DNA of 63,563 nucleotides, the filler included, from Octopus bimaculoides (taxonomy: Eukaryota): assembly GCF_001194135.2 (NCBI RefSeq). It is 7 parts of 7 records of this genome, joined end to end, with 100 filler letters (N's around TTAATTAATTAA, not from the genome) between each part and the next. Parts side by side here need not be neighbours in the genome. Positions count along the whole stretch, not along the records: positions 20,488 to 48,526 come from NC_068985.1; 6 more parts are not named here. One strand, written 5' to 3'. A program made the position numbers and the translations under genes. The notes under the pieces were generated by a model. The model made no database searches, was not told where the DNA came from, and was given only the letters and a program-made list of their open reading frames with translations. This document shows positions 21,220 through 35,245 of the stretch, piece by piece (within the stretch, counting starts at the first letter, position 1; the number at the start of each line of letters is the position of its first letter).

Positions 21220-22030
21220 GGATCTTTGTTATTTGACGGGCAACATTTTTTTATGTAGTGTTTTTGGTACAGAAACACTTTCAAACTTCGAATACTTGTA
21301 TATTTTGTGGTATAGAACAGATAAAAAATTTTGTATTCGAAGTTATTTTATGTAAAAAATTGTCGTATTTCGGTAATTTCAACCAATCACTGACGTCTAT
21401 TGAGGTGAAAACAATTAATGCCGTAATGGTGTCATGGGATCTTTTCCCTTGAATAAAATTAGTCCCGTTGTTTGTCAACAACAACTACCCGTGTTACTCT
21501 TATTTATGACATCGTTCGTGCGTTTGTACTGGTTTTAGCTTTAGGGTTTTAGGGTTAGGGTTCGGGTTTTAGAGTTAGGGTTAGTTTTAGGATTACGGTT
21601 AGNNNNNNNNNNNNNNNNNNNNNNNNNNNNNNNNNNNNNNNNNNNNNNNNNNNNNNNNNNNNNNNNNNNNNNNNNNNNNNNNNNNNNNNNNNNNNNNNNN
21701 NNNNNNNNNNNNNNNNTAAAACCCTAACCCTAAAGCCCGAACCCTAACCCTAAAACCCTAAACCCTTACTAGGGAATAATGATATAATTAAACAGGGAAT
21801 AACACACTTGACACCGAACAGCACTATCTGTATTCAGCTGAATAGACATCAGTGATTGGTTGAAATTACAGAAATACGACAATTTTAACATGAAATAACT
21901 TGCGATGTACAAAATTTTGTTAAGAAGGTTAAGAGAAGAAGTTGTTTTATATGACACATTCTACCAGTGTCCCAAGTTTGAAAGTGTTTCGTTAAGAAAA
22001 CAAGTGTTGCCCGTCAAATCACAAAGATCC
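21220..22030. mobile_element. Non-autonomous foldback DNA transposon (Merlin-like by termini) with internal inverted telomere-like arrays
   Basis: Terminal 26 bp match at 25/26 (GGATCTTTGT[T/G]ATTTGACGGGCAACA); inverted similarity extends about 190 bp; 8-bp TSD GAGTGATA at 21212-21219 and 22031-22038; TTAGGG-like array at 21541-21602 and CCCTAA-like array at 21717-21766. Confidence 0.85.
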
Positions 22031-22881
22031 GAGTGATATCTATTGCGTAATTATTGCTTAACAGCTAACCATAAAACTTGAATCTGTGATATATTATCAT
22101 TAACGGATTATATCATATTTTACTCTTCCACTGTTGCGCGCGCGCACACACACACACTCACGTAACGTTAATGTCCTGTGCACTACTCACTAACGTCAAG
22201 TAACATGCTCGATTTGTTTGCATCAAACATAACGACACTGAAGTGCAGAAAGATGATTCGTTGTTATATTTAGTTTGCCTATGAAGAATTAACATATGTA
22301 TATGTGTGCACGTGTGTGCGTGCGCGCGCGAGTGTGTGAATGTGTGGGTGTGTTGTGATATTGTTTAACTACAAAGTTAGCTTTCTTTGAGTAGAGTCTA
22401 CGATCAAAGATATTCATCCCATAACCGTGTTTGCCTTTCACTCAGACACGTCAATGTCTTCTCATTTCCAGAGACATTAGCTCTTCAGCTTTCATTTCCC
22501 ATATTTATCTATCTATCTATCTATCCCTTGAAACTTGAGCAATTTCTCTCTTTAACATCCCCTCTTATCCCCCGAAAATTTTCATTTTTCCCCTTTTCTC
22601 TATTGATCTGAATAACTCCATTCATAGAACCTTTTCATTTTTAACCTTAAAAAAAGTAATTTTTCTGCTCATTTCTTCGCCTATTCGCCTGCGTTGTGTT
22701 TTTACTACACACACACACACACGCTCGCACATGGATGTGTGGTAAGAAACTTGCTTCCCAACGACATGGTTCAGAGTTGAGTCCCACTGCGTGACACCTT
22801 GGGCAGGTGTATTTTACTATGGCCTTGGGACGACCAAAGCCTTATGAGTGGATTTGGTAGACGGAAAGTAAAAGAAGGTCG

Positions 22882-22912
<31 letters not shown>

Positions 22913-23618
22913 TACGCATTTATGTGTGTGTCCGTGTTTGTCCTCCCGTCATCTGATGCTGATGTGTTCATGTCCCTGTAACTTAGCGGTTCGGCAAAAG
23001 ACTCCGATAGAATAAGTACTAGGTTTACAAAGAATAAGTCCTGGGGGTCGATTTTTTTCGACTGAAAATCCCTTGAAGGCAGTGCTCCAGCATGGCCGCA
23101 TTCAAATGACCGAAAGAAGTAAAAGGAAAGAATGTGTGTGTGTGTGTGTGTGTCTCTTTTCAACTGACTCGTATAAAACATTGCCCCTATCTTTCTTCTT
23201 CTGTCTACCTACTTCTTAATCCCTATTTCCATGTAACCCCATTTCCATCCATCATTTCACTAGCCCCTTTTATTTTCCTCTGTCACTCCCCCCCAGTTCT
23301 CCCCCTAATCACGTCAGTTTCCTACTTCCCTCGAAGCCTTACGTACCCCTTATCTGCTTATTGTTAACGCCCTGGCCACCATTTCACCTCCTCCACTATG
23401 GCGAGACTCTTTTTACATTATAATCTTTCTGATTTCTTTCCTTTCTTTCCCCCCTCACCGAACCGAACCTACGTTTGGGTATTTGTGGACTATTTTGTAT
23501 GAGCTGTGAGTATACACACACGCGCACACACTTACACACTCACTCATGCGCGCGCACATACGAACACTTGCACGCGCGCGCACGCGCACACATGAACAGT
23601 TGCACAGACAAACAGGCA

Positions 23619-23670
<52 letters not shown>

Positions 23671-23766
23671 CGTCAATGTCAACGGATTGTAGTTTTTGTA
23701 GTTTTTATATCAAACTCCGGTAATGCAGACTAAGGTTTTTTTTTTCTGTTATTTTCAAGTTGATAT

Positions 23767-23805
<39 letters not shown>

Positions 23806-24566
23806 TGAAGGGCGAGAGATGCCCATGTCGACTGCATATTCGCTGGTGGTTAACATTGACCACCACCAAACTTTATGATATATATAAGGCAGATTCACGC
23901 GCAGGGTGGCTGGAGAAATTCTGCAAGGGAAATTCTGTTCAGAGTTCGGTTGGTACTGTTGTGATCCGGTTCTTTAATCTTCCTTTGACCTCCAGACCTG
24001 CCTTACGTGCATTCATGAAGAAAAGGTGTGGCTGTGTGGTGAGAAGCCTGTTCCCAAACTACATGGTTCCGGGTTCAGTCCCACTGCGCTACACCTTGGG
24101 CAAGTGTCTTCTACTATAGCCTCAGGTCGACCAAAGCCTTATGAGTAGATTTGGTAGAAAGAAACTTAAAGGAACCTGTTGCATACATACATACATTCAT
24201 AGGGAACCTAGAATCATATTCAACGAGTCTGTTTCTAAAAATGGTGATTTGTAGGAAGTTTGACTGCTATTTCTAACAGGTCGATGCATGAACTAAGATG
24301 GGATGGTCACAAATAGAATGCCTTTCAATTATATGTCAGTTTCTATCAGACCAGATCCGGGTCTAGATCGCAACGTCTGTCAATTTTTACAGGGCTGCTT
24401 TTCATTGTTGTGAGTTATTTCCCTTATTTTGCAGTGAGGTTGTGATGACGTGGTCGTTCATCAGTTAGAAATTACAGCCAAATCTTCCTCAAACCTTAGC
24501 AGGAAGCATGTAGAATGGAAGAAAAGAAAGAGAAGCACATTAAACAATCCAATCTCTCATATGCAT

Positions 24567-24616
<50 letters not shown>

Positions 24617-24621
24617 ATAAT

Positions 24622-25010
24622 AACGACAAGAGTACTCAGAGCGCAAACCTCCGCTAAGGCAATACCAATATCCTCTCAACGATTAGCCAGAGATGATTTT
24701 TTTAAATGGGAATATCTAAAATAAACTCAACTGCTTCTCACAAACGAGAATACTAAAAAAAAAAAATGAACCCGACCGCTCTCAAAAATTGAGTAAAAGA
24801 AAACAGGAAAAATAATCCAGAATCATTGTCCGGTACCGGATCGATCCCAAAATCTACTCAGTTCGTGCCAGCCACGAGGCGAAACGTACCTGAAAGTTTC
24901 ATGCGAATTCATCCAGCAGTTCTTGAGATATCTTGTTCAAAGACAAACAAACAAACAAACACGACTAAAAACAATACCTCCGCCTTCGCCAAGGCATGGG
25001 GTAATAATAA
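24622..25010 (+). mobile_element. HINE/DINE-1-like (Helentron-associated) non-autonomous element; partial copy at about 16060-16165
   Basis: 5' subterminal acctccgctaaggc (24647-24660), internal (ACAA)n, and 3' hairpin acctccgccttcgccaaggcatggggt (24976-25002). The second copy ends acctccttccttggcggaggt. Confidence 0.55.
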
Positions 25011-28000
25011 TAATAATAATAAACAGCATGCTAATTGTTTGGAAAGCTTTTGATCATGGGTTCCTAACTAGGGGCTAAACTGTAACAAGGATTGGATCAA
25101 ATGAGATTCAGTGTTGTTTGGTAATGAACAAAATATAGTTTGTAGGTGATACGAACATCTGCTGTCTGTTTGGTTGGTTCTATATCGACTCAATCACATC
25201 TTTTTATTAATCTGGCCATAGCTTTCATAAAACGTCTGTATCTGTGTGTAGGTGTATGTGTGTGTATGTGCATCAAAGCATTCATACAGTACACGGCATG
25301 TACGTGTGTATATGTGTGTGTGTGTGTGTACCTGTCATGGCTCAGCGCCTTGTAATAGTGCACAATGCCAAAAAGAAAAAAAAAAGAAACCAGAAAGGCG
25401 ATGGCAATGGTGGGGTTGATGCACATAATATTAATGTATGTGTTCGTGTATTATAGTGCTGGAAAGGGCGGTAGGGGGAAATACCCAGTTAAACACCAGC
25501 TGAGCGGAAGTAGACTGGTCGGGCCGATATGTTATATGAACTGTGCCTGATCAGAAAGTTAAATGTATTCACACACATGCATACATACATACATACATAC
25601 ATAAATTTATGTGTGTGTAAGTAGATGTGTGTTTGTGAGTGGGTGCGCATTCATGCATATGTACATGTGTGTCTATGTATATACATATTTAAGTATATGC
25701 ATACATTCGCATATATATTTACATTACATATATACATATAATGTGTAGATCTACATATGTATGTAGGCGTGGGATATGTATATGTAACTTACTAAGCAAA
25801 CCGCAATCGGGTGTTTGAGAAGACTTCAGCCGCGACCTCTTCCCATTGATTCTTACAAATTTGTTTGTGAAAATGTGTACGTGTTGATCAAAGTGGAGAG
25901 GAATCTTTGCTTTTTCAACTGTGTGTGTGTATTTGTGAATGTGTGTGTGTACTCGTGTGTCTATGTGTATGTATGTACGTATGTCTCTGTATGTATGTAT
26001 GTTATCAATCAGTTTCATTTCTGTATTTCTTGTCCATAGAGAAAGAGCCGGACTCTAACATAGATTCAAGGCTCCTTCATTGGAACTTTTATCAACATCA
26101 TCTAGGTATTTGTGCATATGTGTGTGTGTGCAGTATTTGGTGTTAGTGTATGCGCAGATTTGTATGTTTGTTTTATGGATGCGTTTTAGATGCATGCATA
26201 TGTATTTATGTGCTAAATTTTTGGAAATGTATGTATGTATGTATGTGTGCGTGCGTGTGTTTGTGTGTTTTTGTGTAGATATATATNNNNNNNNNNNNNN
26301 NNNNNTGGCACCTTGGGCAAGTATCTTCTACTATAGCCTCGGGCCGACCAAAGCCTTGTGAGTGGATTTGGTAGACAGAAAACTGAAAGGAGCCCGTCGT
26401 ATATATGTATATATATATATATATGTGTATGTGTGTCTGTGTTTGTCCCCCTACCATCGCTTGACAACCGATGCTGGTGTGTTTACGTCCCCGTAACTTA
26501 GCGGTTCGGCAAAAACAGACCGATAGAATAAGTACTAGGCTTACAAAGGAATAAGCCCTGGGGTCGATTTTCTCGACTAAAAGGCGTTGCTCCAGCATGG
26601 CCGCAGTCAAATGACTGAAACAAGAAAAAGAGTAAAGAGTGTATATGTACATTCTACCCTTCTGTCTACACGTACAAAGTCCCATCTCAGAAGGTATGTC
26701 TAACAATATTATATTCAATGAGAATATATCATCAATCTACGTTTTAGTTGCTGTTAAACATTAGCGAAGCTGCAATATATCTGTGGTCCAAGACACTCAG
26801 CTAAAACAGGGTGGCACAGACTAGAATGGCTTATTCATTATCACGTTAAACAGTGTACTTATGACACAAGACACCGAAGGTTACACAGACATGACTGTCT
26901 CTATTAAACTGCAATACTGAAATAGTTTCTACTCTGCATCAAACGGCTGAAGCACTATTAAAACGTTTGTGAATTATCGAGTAACATTACAATATTAAGT
27001 TCAGATCTTCATGTGAGCCTGGACGTAAATTTTGGAACAATTCCCGATCATAATACAACTTCAGGAAGGACTCGTAATTGAATGAATGATTATGCTTAAA
27101 ATTATCTCTGTTCGTTTAAATTTAATGTCAATATTTTATTGCTATTCGTTTATACTTCACTGAAAGAATCTTGTCGATAAAGGACCGCCAAACGATCACC
27201 ATATATTTTCTAGTATTATTAGATGATCATTTCTTTATAGCAAAGGTGGGACAGAATAATTTCAACCTGATTCAAGTTTTTTTTATTTTTTATATATATT
27301 TCTCAGTGTTTATTATTAGATTCGAAAACTAATTACGAGCAGGTTATGTCGTGATGCTGCATGTACAATTATAAAGAAAGCGTACCGGTAACGTGTACAA
27401 CGCTCAGGAACACCTAGAACATAGCAACCTGGTGGGCATTGGTTTTTAGTACCAGGGTTAAATTGCAGGTATATAAGAACCTGTGGGGGCACATCTGTTC
27501 TGAGAAAAATAACGAATTTTTAATTTTATCGCACACACTAAGCAACAATTAATTAAAATGTTTTAATGGTAGATAGTTATGTTACAAATGCGTGAGTTAA
27601 CAGAACGATTACATTTTAGAAGTGTTGAAAATAACTATTAATAAATTATTGCTTTGGCTTAAACTAACTTTTTACACTGATTTATAAGAGAACTTCGCCA
27701 GTGTGTTGTTTCAGATTTGAACAGAGAAAAATTTTGCTACTAGTGTGGGATTTCTCATCCACGTTTTAGCCCAGCTTGCGGTACTTGCACCCTAGAGGGT
27801 ACACGGTGGCATTCCAGGTGGGGTACGACAAGAAAGGAAAGTATATTATATAACGCTATTCAGAATAAAGTGTACTTTTAGAAATAGCTGTTTTATTAAG
27901 CGCACCTAGAACTTTGATAATTCGTCAATACTGCACGTTGTTCTATTACAATAATAAATTAGTTATTAAAAAATTGACTTTTTCATCTTCAACTGTATAC

Positions 28001-28535
28001 AAGAGAAAAAAAAAAACCCTTTCAAATTCTCAATTTCTCTCAGTGACGCCTCCGTTTATTTTATTTTTCCGATTTTTTAAAATCCTATCTTTTAAAATAC
28101 AGGTGTAGTTACGAATATCTAAATTTTTCTTTCGTAATAATTTTAGCTCTTGATTTATTCTCAATATCCCAACAAGTTAGCGATGTTTGTATATGTTCCA
28201 ACAGCAAATGATTGAAACTGTCTTGAGGATAGAGGTTAGGGCATTGCTGTCTTATGGCAGGGGCACTTCGGGCACTTACGCCGGGTGTGGGGGAACGAGT
28301 CTATAGATTCACTGGAAATCTGTATATATGCTGTGGGTGTGTTTATGGGAGGACCCCAGAACATTGTTATGCCCAAGGACTTATAGTGCTGTTAATGCGG
28401 TCTTAGCTTAAGGTTTACAAAACAAAATTCCATTGCAAACGTTAATTTGTTGTTTCCTTTCTATAGATATTTTCATGATGAAATGTTTTTTGTAATGATT
28501 TTATTATTAATTTTCTCAGAAAAGAAAAAAAAAAA

Positions 28536-28740
28536 AAGGTCGCGAGCTGGCAGAGTTTTTAGCTCGCCGAGCAAAAATGCTTAGCGACATTTCGTCCGTC
28601 TTCACGTTCTGACTTGAAATTCTGCCGAGGTCGACTTAGCTTTTCGTCCTTTTTTTGGGTCGGTAAAAAAGTACCACTGGGTCGACGTAATCGATTTAAC
28701 CCCTCGCCCGAAATTGCTGGTCTTGTGCTAAAATTTGAAG
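28536..28740 (+). mobile_element. Meta-domain-like SINE; another partial reverse copy at about 46425-46545
   Basis: aaggtcgcgagctggcagag..gccgaggtcgacttagcttttcgtcc.. Confidence 0.75.
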
Positions 28741-31700
28741 NNNNNNNNNNNNNNNNNNNNNNNNNNNNNNNNNNNNNNNNNNNNNNNNNNNNNNNNNNNN
28801 NNNNNNNNNNNNNNNNNNNNNNNNNNNNNNNNNNNNNNNNNNNNNNNNNNNNNNNNNNNNNNNNNNNNNNNNNNNNNNNNNNNNNNNNNNNNNNNNNNNN
28901 NNNNNNNNNNNNNNNNNNNNNNNNNNNNNNNNNNNNNNNNNNNNNNNNNNNNNNNNNNNNNNNNNNNNNNNNNNNNNNNNNNNNNNNNNNNNNNNNNNNN
29001 NNNNNNNNNNNNNNNNNNNNNNNNNNNNNNNNNNNNNNNNNNNNNNNNNNNNNNNNNNNNNNNNNNNNNNNNNNNNNNNNNNNNNNNNNNNNNNNNNNNN
29101 NNNNNNNNNNNNNNNNNNNNNNNNNNNNNNNNNNNNNNNNNNNNNNNNNNNNNNNNNNNNNNNNNNNNNNNNNNNNNNNNNNNNNNNNNNNNNNNNNNNN
29201 NNNNNNNNNNNNNNNAAAAAAAAAAAAAAAAAAAAAAAAAAGAAAACGAAAAAGGTTAAACGAAATATTAGCGGTGATGATGGTTGGAGTAATTGAAATT
29301 TTGTAAAGGTGTTTTGAGGGCCAAATCGTTGCAGTTTTTTAAAACGTAGGAAACTGCTCAAAAGTATTATAAAAGAAATTTCCTTTGACTTTTATCGGTT
29401 ACCACAAAATAATACTGCAAATGTTTTCTCTGAAATTTTATTATCTTCCACATTTTTCTTATTATTTTGCAACAGCCATTGTTAATACTATGTTCTTTGG
29501 CTAAAAGAAAATATTTGGTGTTGATATAATATTGTTTAGTCACAAGTTAGCCCAGACCACAGTCACAAGAAGCCCTATAGTCGAATGCGTTCCTACTGTG
29601 ACCATCCCATCTTTGATATAATGTATAGTGAATGGGAGAGAACAAAATAAGCTCAGTATAGATATTTATATTACTGCACATATTTATGAATATGGTTATT
29701 ACATAATGTGTGGCTATCTTGAAACAGCTGTCGAGGTAAAACATTACATAACTTTTATCATTATATATATATGATCTGTATTTTGTACTGCATGTAATTA
29801 TGTCTTGAGCCTAACTGTGTTTATCATCCTTACTGCCTCTCTCTCTCTCTCTCTCTCATATATGTAAAGCTTCTTTCTTGGCTCATTTTTGCCTACCTTA
29901 CTTAGCCTAAAGTCCAGAATTATAACCTATAACAGTTACTGTTGCCTCAGCGGATATTTTCATTGTAAGTTTGTCTACCATGGTTTTGTAGCTCTCACGA
30001 TATTTATTGTTTTGTTACAGAATTACTGTTTATTTTTTCATAGTTATTATATTTTGTGGAAGATACAATAAAATAAAATTTTATTTATTGTGGTTGTTAA
30101 ATGATATATAGCATAAAATATTTAGATAGTATTTAGTTAGAGGAAATGGGAAAATGCTCATAGCCATTTGCAGGTCATCATTGTTTAACAGTGTGGTTGA
30201 TGATAGTTGATATTTTAGTTTTCAATTCTGTAAGTTGATACCTGATAACTTGGACATGAAATGGTTTCTAGAAGTAGCAGTTCAGAGAGGTAATAATTCA
30301 GCTATGAATTTAGTGCAGGGCTAACAGAGTGAGGCAGAGTTACAGGGCCACCAGACGAGGTTGGCCAGAGCTGGTATGGAGCTATCTGGTTTAGACAAGC
30401 TGGTACTTTTATGATAGTGGTAAAAGGGACAGAAAATGGCATTACTACATCTGTGTCAGTACTTGTAGTTTGTTGGTTAATAAATTTTTCTTAGTTGATA
30501 CTCTTGCTCTTTTACTCTTTTACTTGTTTCAGTCATTTGACTGTGGCCATGCTGGAGCACCGCCTTTAGTCGAGAAAATCGACCCCAGGACTTATTCTTT
30601 GTAAGCCTAGTACTTATTCTATCGTTCTCTTTTGCCGAACCGCTGAGTTACAGGGACGTAAACACACCACCATCGGTTGTCAAGCGATGATGGGGGGACA
30701 AACACAGACACACAAACACACATACATACATATATACATATATACGACGGGCTTCTTTCAGTTTCCGTCTTCCAAATCCACTCACAAGGCTTTGGTCGGC
30801 CCGAGGCTATAGTAGAAGACACTTGCCCAAGGTGCCACACAGTGGGACTGAACCCAGAACCATGTGGTTGGTAAGCAAGCTACTTACCACACAGCCACTC
30901 CTGATTGTAACTTTTTTTTTTTGGACATAATAAGTTTAACTCTTTGGCATTTAAAGCAACCATATCTGGACAAAATATTCTACCTGCTTTATGTTCAGAC
31001 TGGCCAAATCTGGCCCCTCACACCTACCCTATGATGTCATTCTAAAAATAAACTTCCATGTTATCAGAATCAAAACAATGTGAATAATCAAGCATTACAT
31101 TTAACAGAATAATCCGAATGCAAAAGGGTTAATATGTTTGTATATATAATAGCAGCAGCAACACCCTCTCAGCTGTGATAGCAGTGAAATACACAAAATG
31201 TGGAGGGTAGGACCAAATTTGGATTAAAGTATCTTTTGATCTTGAAGTGGAAGTAAGTCTACTTTTTATTATACTGAAACCTTATCATCTACCATATTTG
31301 GGTGAAATATTTTTATGGAATTGAGTCATCTGCCACAGTGATGATTATTTAGTGGGCAAAATGTTTTATTCAAGCCTACATCATCTACCACAACTTACAT
31401 GACATCAGAGGTAAAGTATTTTCTCCTCTTCATCTCTTACAATATATATTGTCAATTTGAGCCTCTGTTCTCTTACTTAGTCTTCTAGAAATAGCTGCCA
31501 AATCTCCCTGTATATATAGCCTAACCAATGCCTTGAGTAAATTTGATAGACAAAAACTATGCAAATCCTGTTATATATATATATATATATATATATNNNN
31601 NNNNNNNNNNNNNNNNNNNNNNNNNNNNNNNNNNNNNNNNNNNNNNNNNNNNNNNNNNNNNNNNNNNNNNNNNNNNNNNNNNNNNNNNNNNNNNNNNNNN

Positions 31701-32277
31701 NNNNNNNNNNNNNNNNNNNNNNNNNNNNNNNNNNNNNNNNNNNNNNNNNNNNNNNNNNNNNNNNNNNNNNNNNNNNNNNNNNNNNNNNNNNNNNNNNNNN
31801 NNNNNNNNNNNNNNNNNNNNNNNNNNNNNNNNNNNNNNNNNNNNNNNNNNNNNNNNNNNNNNNNNNNNNNNNNNNNNNNNNNNNNNNNNNNNNNNNNNNN
31901 NNNNNNNNNNNNNNNNNNNNNNNNNNNNNNNNNNNNNNNNNNNNNNNNNNNNNNNNNNNNNNNNNNNNNNNNNNNNNNNNNNNNNNNNNNNNNNNNNNNN
32001 NNNNNNNNNNNNNNNNNNNNNNNNNNNNNNNNNNNNNNNNNNNNNNNNNNNNNNNNNNNNNNNNNNNNNNNNNNNNNNNNNNNNNNNNNNNNNNNNNNNN
32101 NNNNNNNNNNNNNNNNNNNNNNNTATATATGTGTGGACTCTGTTGGTTGCATGGAATTAATGGAGCCACATGGAAGCTTCTGATGTTTGCTTATGTTTTC
32201 CAATAAACTTGGATGAATTACCCTAATTTTTTTTCCCCTGAATTTTTCAAATTGTAACGGTAATTTATGGACACCCT

Positions 32278-32316
<39 letters not shown>

Positions 32317-33301
32317 AACACACATACATATATGATATAATATTGGAATCCTGGATACGCTGGCTGAATTAAAAAGTTCATTGGTTTGATCATAGAACTG
32401 CTCAAATATGGTTAACCTGAAGTTAACAATAAGAATTGTGGCATGTATTTTTTATTGAGCCCTAAAATGACAGAGAAGAAAGTGTAGCATGTATAAATGG
32501 TTAAGGCAATGAAGTAATGCAGAACATTCTACAATGTCTGGGAAAGCATTGGAAAATAAGGGAGGGAAAGAGGAAAGGGAGAGAGAAAGCATGCTATAGT
32601 CATTCCACTGGTAAAAAAAAAAATGGATGAGCCAATAGCCTGATTTGTTTGAATGACCTGAAAGGTTATGTGTATGTTTGCAGTGAGGAGAACAAATTGT
32701 TGACATAGTTCAAATCTGGTCATATCAGACCAACATTCAAAGTAGCCATCTTTTTAAAAACTCATGAGGCACAATCTCCTCATGAAACACATCTTATATC
32801 TCTCTATATCTGTCTGTCTGTCTCACTTTCTAACCCTCCTTTTCTCTCTCCTTGGTCACTTAATCTTTCTTTTCTCCTCCCGTTCTCTTTATTGTTTCTC
32901 TTCCTCTCTTCTATTCACTCTTTCTTTATTACCTTCCTTCCTATGCTTCTCTTTTTTTTTTCCTTTCTTTCTCCTCTGTTATTGATTCTTAGTCTTTCAC
33001 CTTCTCCCATACTAAATTCAGTGTTAACTCTTATTTTCCTCATCGATTTTACTGATTAGTCACTTCTCACCTCTCTTGTTTAGACTTTCCATTATTATTC
33101 ATAAGTACATCCAGTGTATACACACACTGATGCATTCATTCATTCACATTTTTCTCTTTCCCCCCCTCACTTCGCTCTCTTCATAAATCATAAAACAGAA
33201 ATTGTTTATTCTGTCCAGACTTGGTAATCCTGTCCTAGAGATTTAAGCCTGCATTTTAGGAAAGATTTTAGGGTCACTGTTAATACATATATATATATAT
33301 A

Positions 33302-33345
<44 letters not shown>

Positions 33346-33593
33346 NNNNNNNNNNNNNNNNNNNNNNNNNNNNNNNNNNNNNNNNNNNNNNNNNNNNNNN
33401 NNNNNNNNNNNNNNNNNNNNNNNNNNNNNNNNNNNNNNNNNNNNNNNNNNNNNNNNNNNNNNNNNNNNNNNNNNNNNNNNNNNNNNNNNNNNNNNNNNNN
33501 NNNNNNNNNNNNNNNNNNNNNNNNNNNNNNNNNNNNNNNNNNNNNNNNNNNNNNNNNNNNNNNNNNNNNNNNNNNNNNNNNNNNNNNNNNNNN

Positions 33594-33642
<49 letters not shown>

Positions 33643-33850
33643 ATGTATATATGTACATGCATGTATATATATATATGAATGTATGTGAGTGTGTGTATGT
33701 GTGTATACAGACATATCTGTATTTTATTCTTTTATATGTTTCAGTCCGATGACTGTGGCTGTGCTGGAGCACCTTATTTATATATGTGCGTCTGTGTATA
33801 TATATAAATGTATATATCTATGTATACACATGTGTATTTATGTATATAAA

Positions 33851-33918
<68 letters not shown>

Positions 33919-34593
33919 TTTGTATATAAATGTATGTATATAGGCATGTATATGTGTGTATGTATATAGGGGCAAATGTGATTGTGATTATGAAGCTTAC
34001 TTACCAATCACCTGGATCTGGGTTCAGTCCCACTGCTTGGCACACTATTGCCCTGAGTTAACCAAAACCTTGTGAGTGAATTTGGTGGACAGAAATTGAA
34101 AGAAACTCATCATGTGTGTGTGTGTGTGAGTTGATGTCTCCTTGTTTGGACATCATGTGATTTTTGTAAATGAGTGTCAGTGTCATACAAGCTGAGGAAG
34201 CAAGCAGTCCTCCATGGAAACATGTTCAGCTATGGAGAAATGTCTTACTTGGAGACAAGTGAGTGTTTGTGACAGGAAGGGCATCCAGCTGTGAAAAATC
34301 TGCCTCAAGAAATTCTGTCTGACACATGTGAACAGGGAAAGTGGACATCAAAACATTATTCTTTTATTCTTTTACTTGTTTCAGTAATTTGACTGCGGCT
34401 ATGCTGGAGCACCACCTTTAGTTGAACAAATTGATCCCAGGACTTATTCCTTGTAAGCCTAGTACTTATTCCATCGGGCTATTTTGCTGAACCGCTAAGT
34501 TACAGGGACGTAAACACACCAGCATCGGTTGTCAAGCGATGGTGTGGTGGACAAACACAGACACACAAACATACACACAAACACACACATACA

Positions 34594-34642
<49 letters not shown>

Positions 34643-35058
34643 GATAGGCTTCTTTCAGTTTCTGTCTCCCAAATCCACTCACAAGGCATTGATCAGCCCA
34701 AGACTATAGTAGAAGACACTTGCCCAAGGTGCCACGCAGTGGGACTAAACCCAGAACCATGTGTTTTTTGTAAGCAAACTGCTTACCACACACCCACTCC
34801 TGCACCTATATACACACACATGTGTGTGTTTATATATATATATTTATATATATATATATATATATATACATACATGCACACATGTATACATGCATATATA
34901 TGTGTCTATGTGTATTTTTATGTGCATGTACTTGCATGCACATATGTAAATACACCTGTGGGTGTATGCAAGCTTGATTGCATTTGTATATTGTGTGTGT
35001 GTGTGTATACATATATGTATATGATATATATATATATATATATGATATATATATATAT

Positions 35059-35098
<40 letters not shown>

Positions 35099-35188
35099 TA
35101 CATACAGCTGTATGTATAAATACACACATGTGTGTGTGTATACATATATATATATATATATATATATATNNNNNNNNNNATACACACA

Positions 35189-35245
<57 letters not shown>

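Noticed and set aside
21541-21766. Chromosome end-to-end fusion site (TTAGGG facing CCCTAA)
   Set aside because: The arrays sit inside an element with TIRs and an 8-bp TSD, and another arm copy occurs at 13290-13500. A transposon explains it better.
26040-26105. Phase 1-1 exon candidate (EKEPDSNIDSRLLHWNFYQHHL) continuing exon 7
   Set aside because: His is too far from the DOMON AxG motif, there is no recognisable similarity, and it is embedded among microsatellites.
29540-29660. Short frame SPDHSHKKPYS as the His-bearing DOMON exon
   Set aside because: The sequence resembles a dispersed octopus repeat (ttagccc..gtgaccatcccatc; related reverse copy near 24290-24370) and the acceptor is poor.
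30174-30229. Possible b561 exon GHHCLTVWLMIVDILVFNS with gtaagt donor
   Set aside because: Purine-rich weak acceptor, too short, and only superficial similarity.
31375-31410. 36-nt phase 1-1 exon candidate (AYIIYHNLHDIR)
   Set aside because: The IxYH motif is suggestive, but the exon is very short with a moderate acceptor and no downstream partner; indistinguishable from chance.
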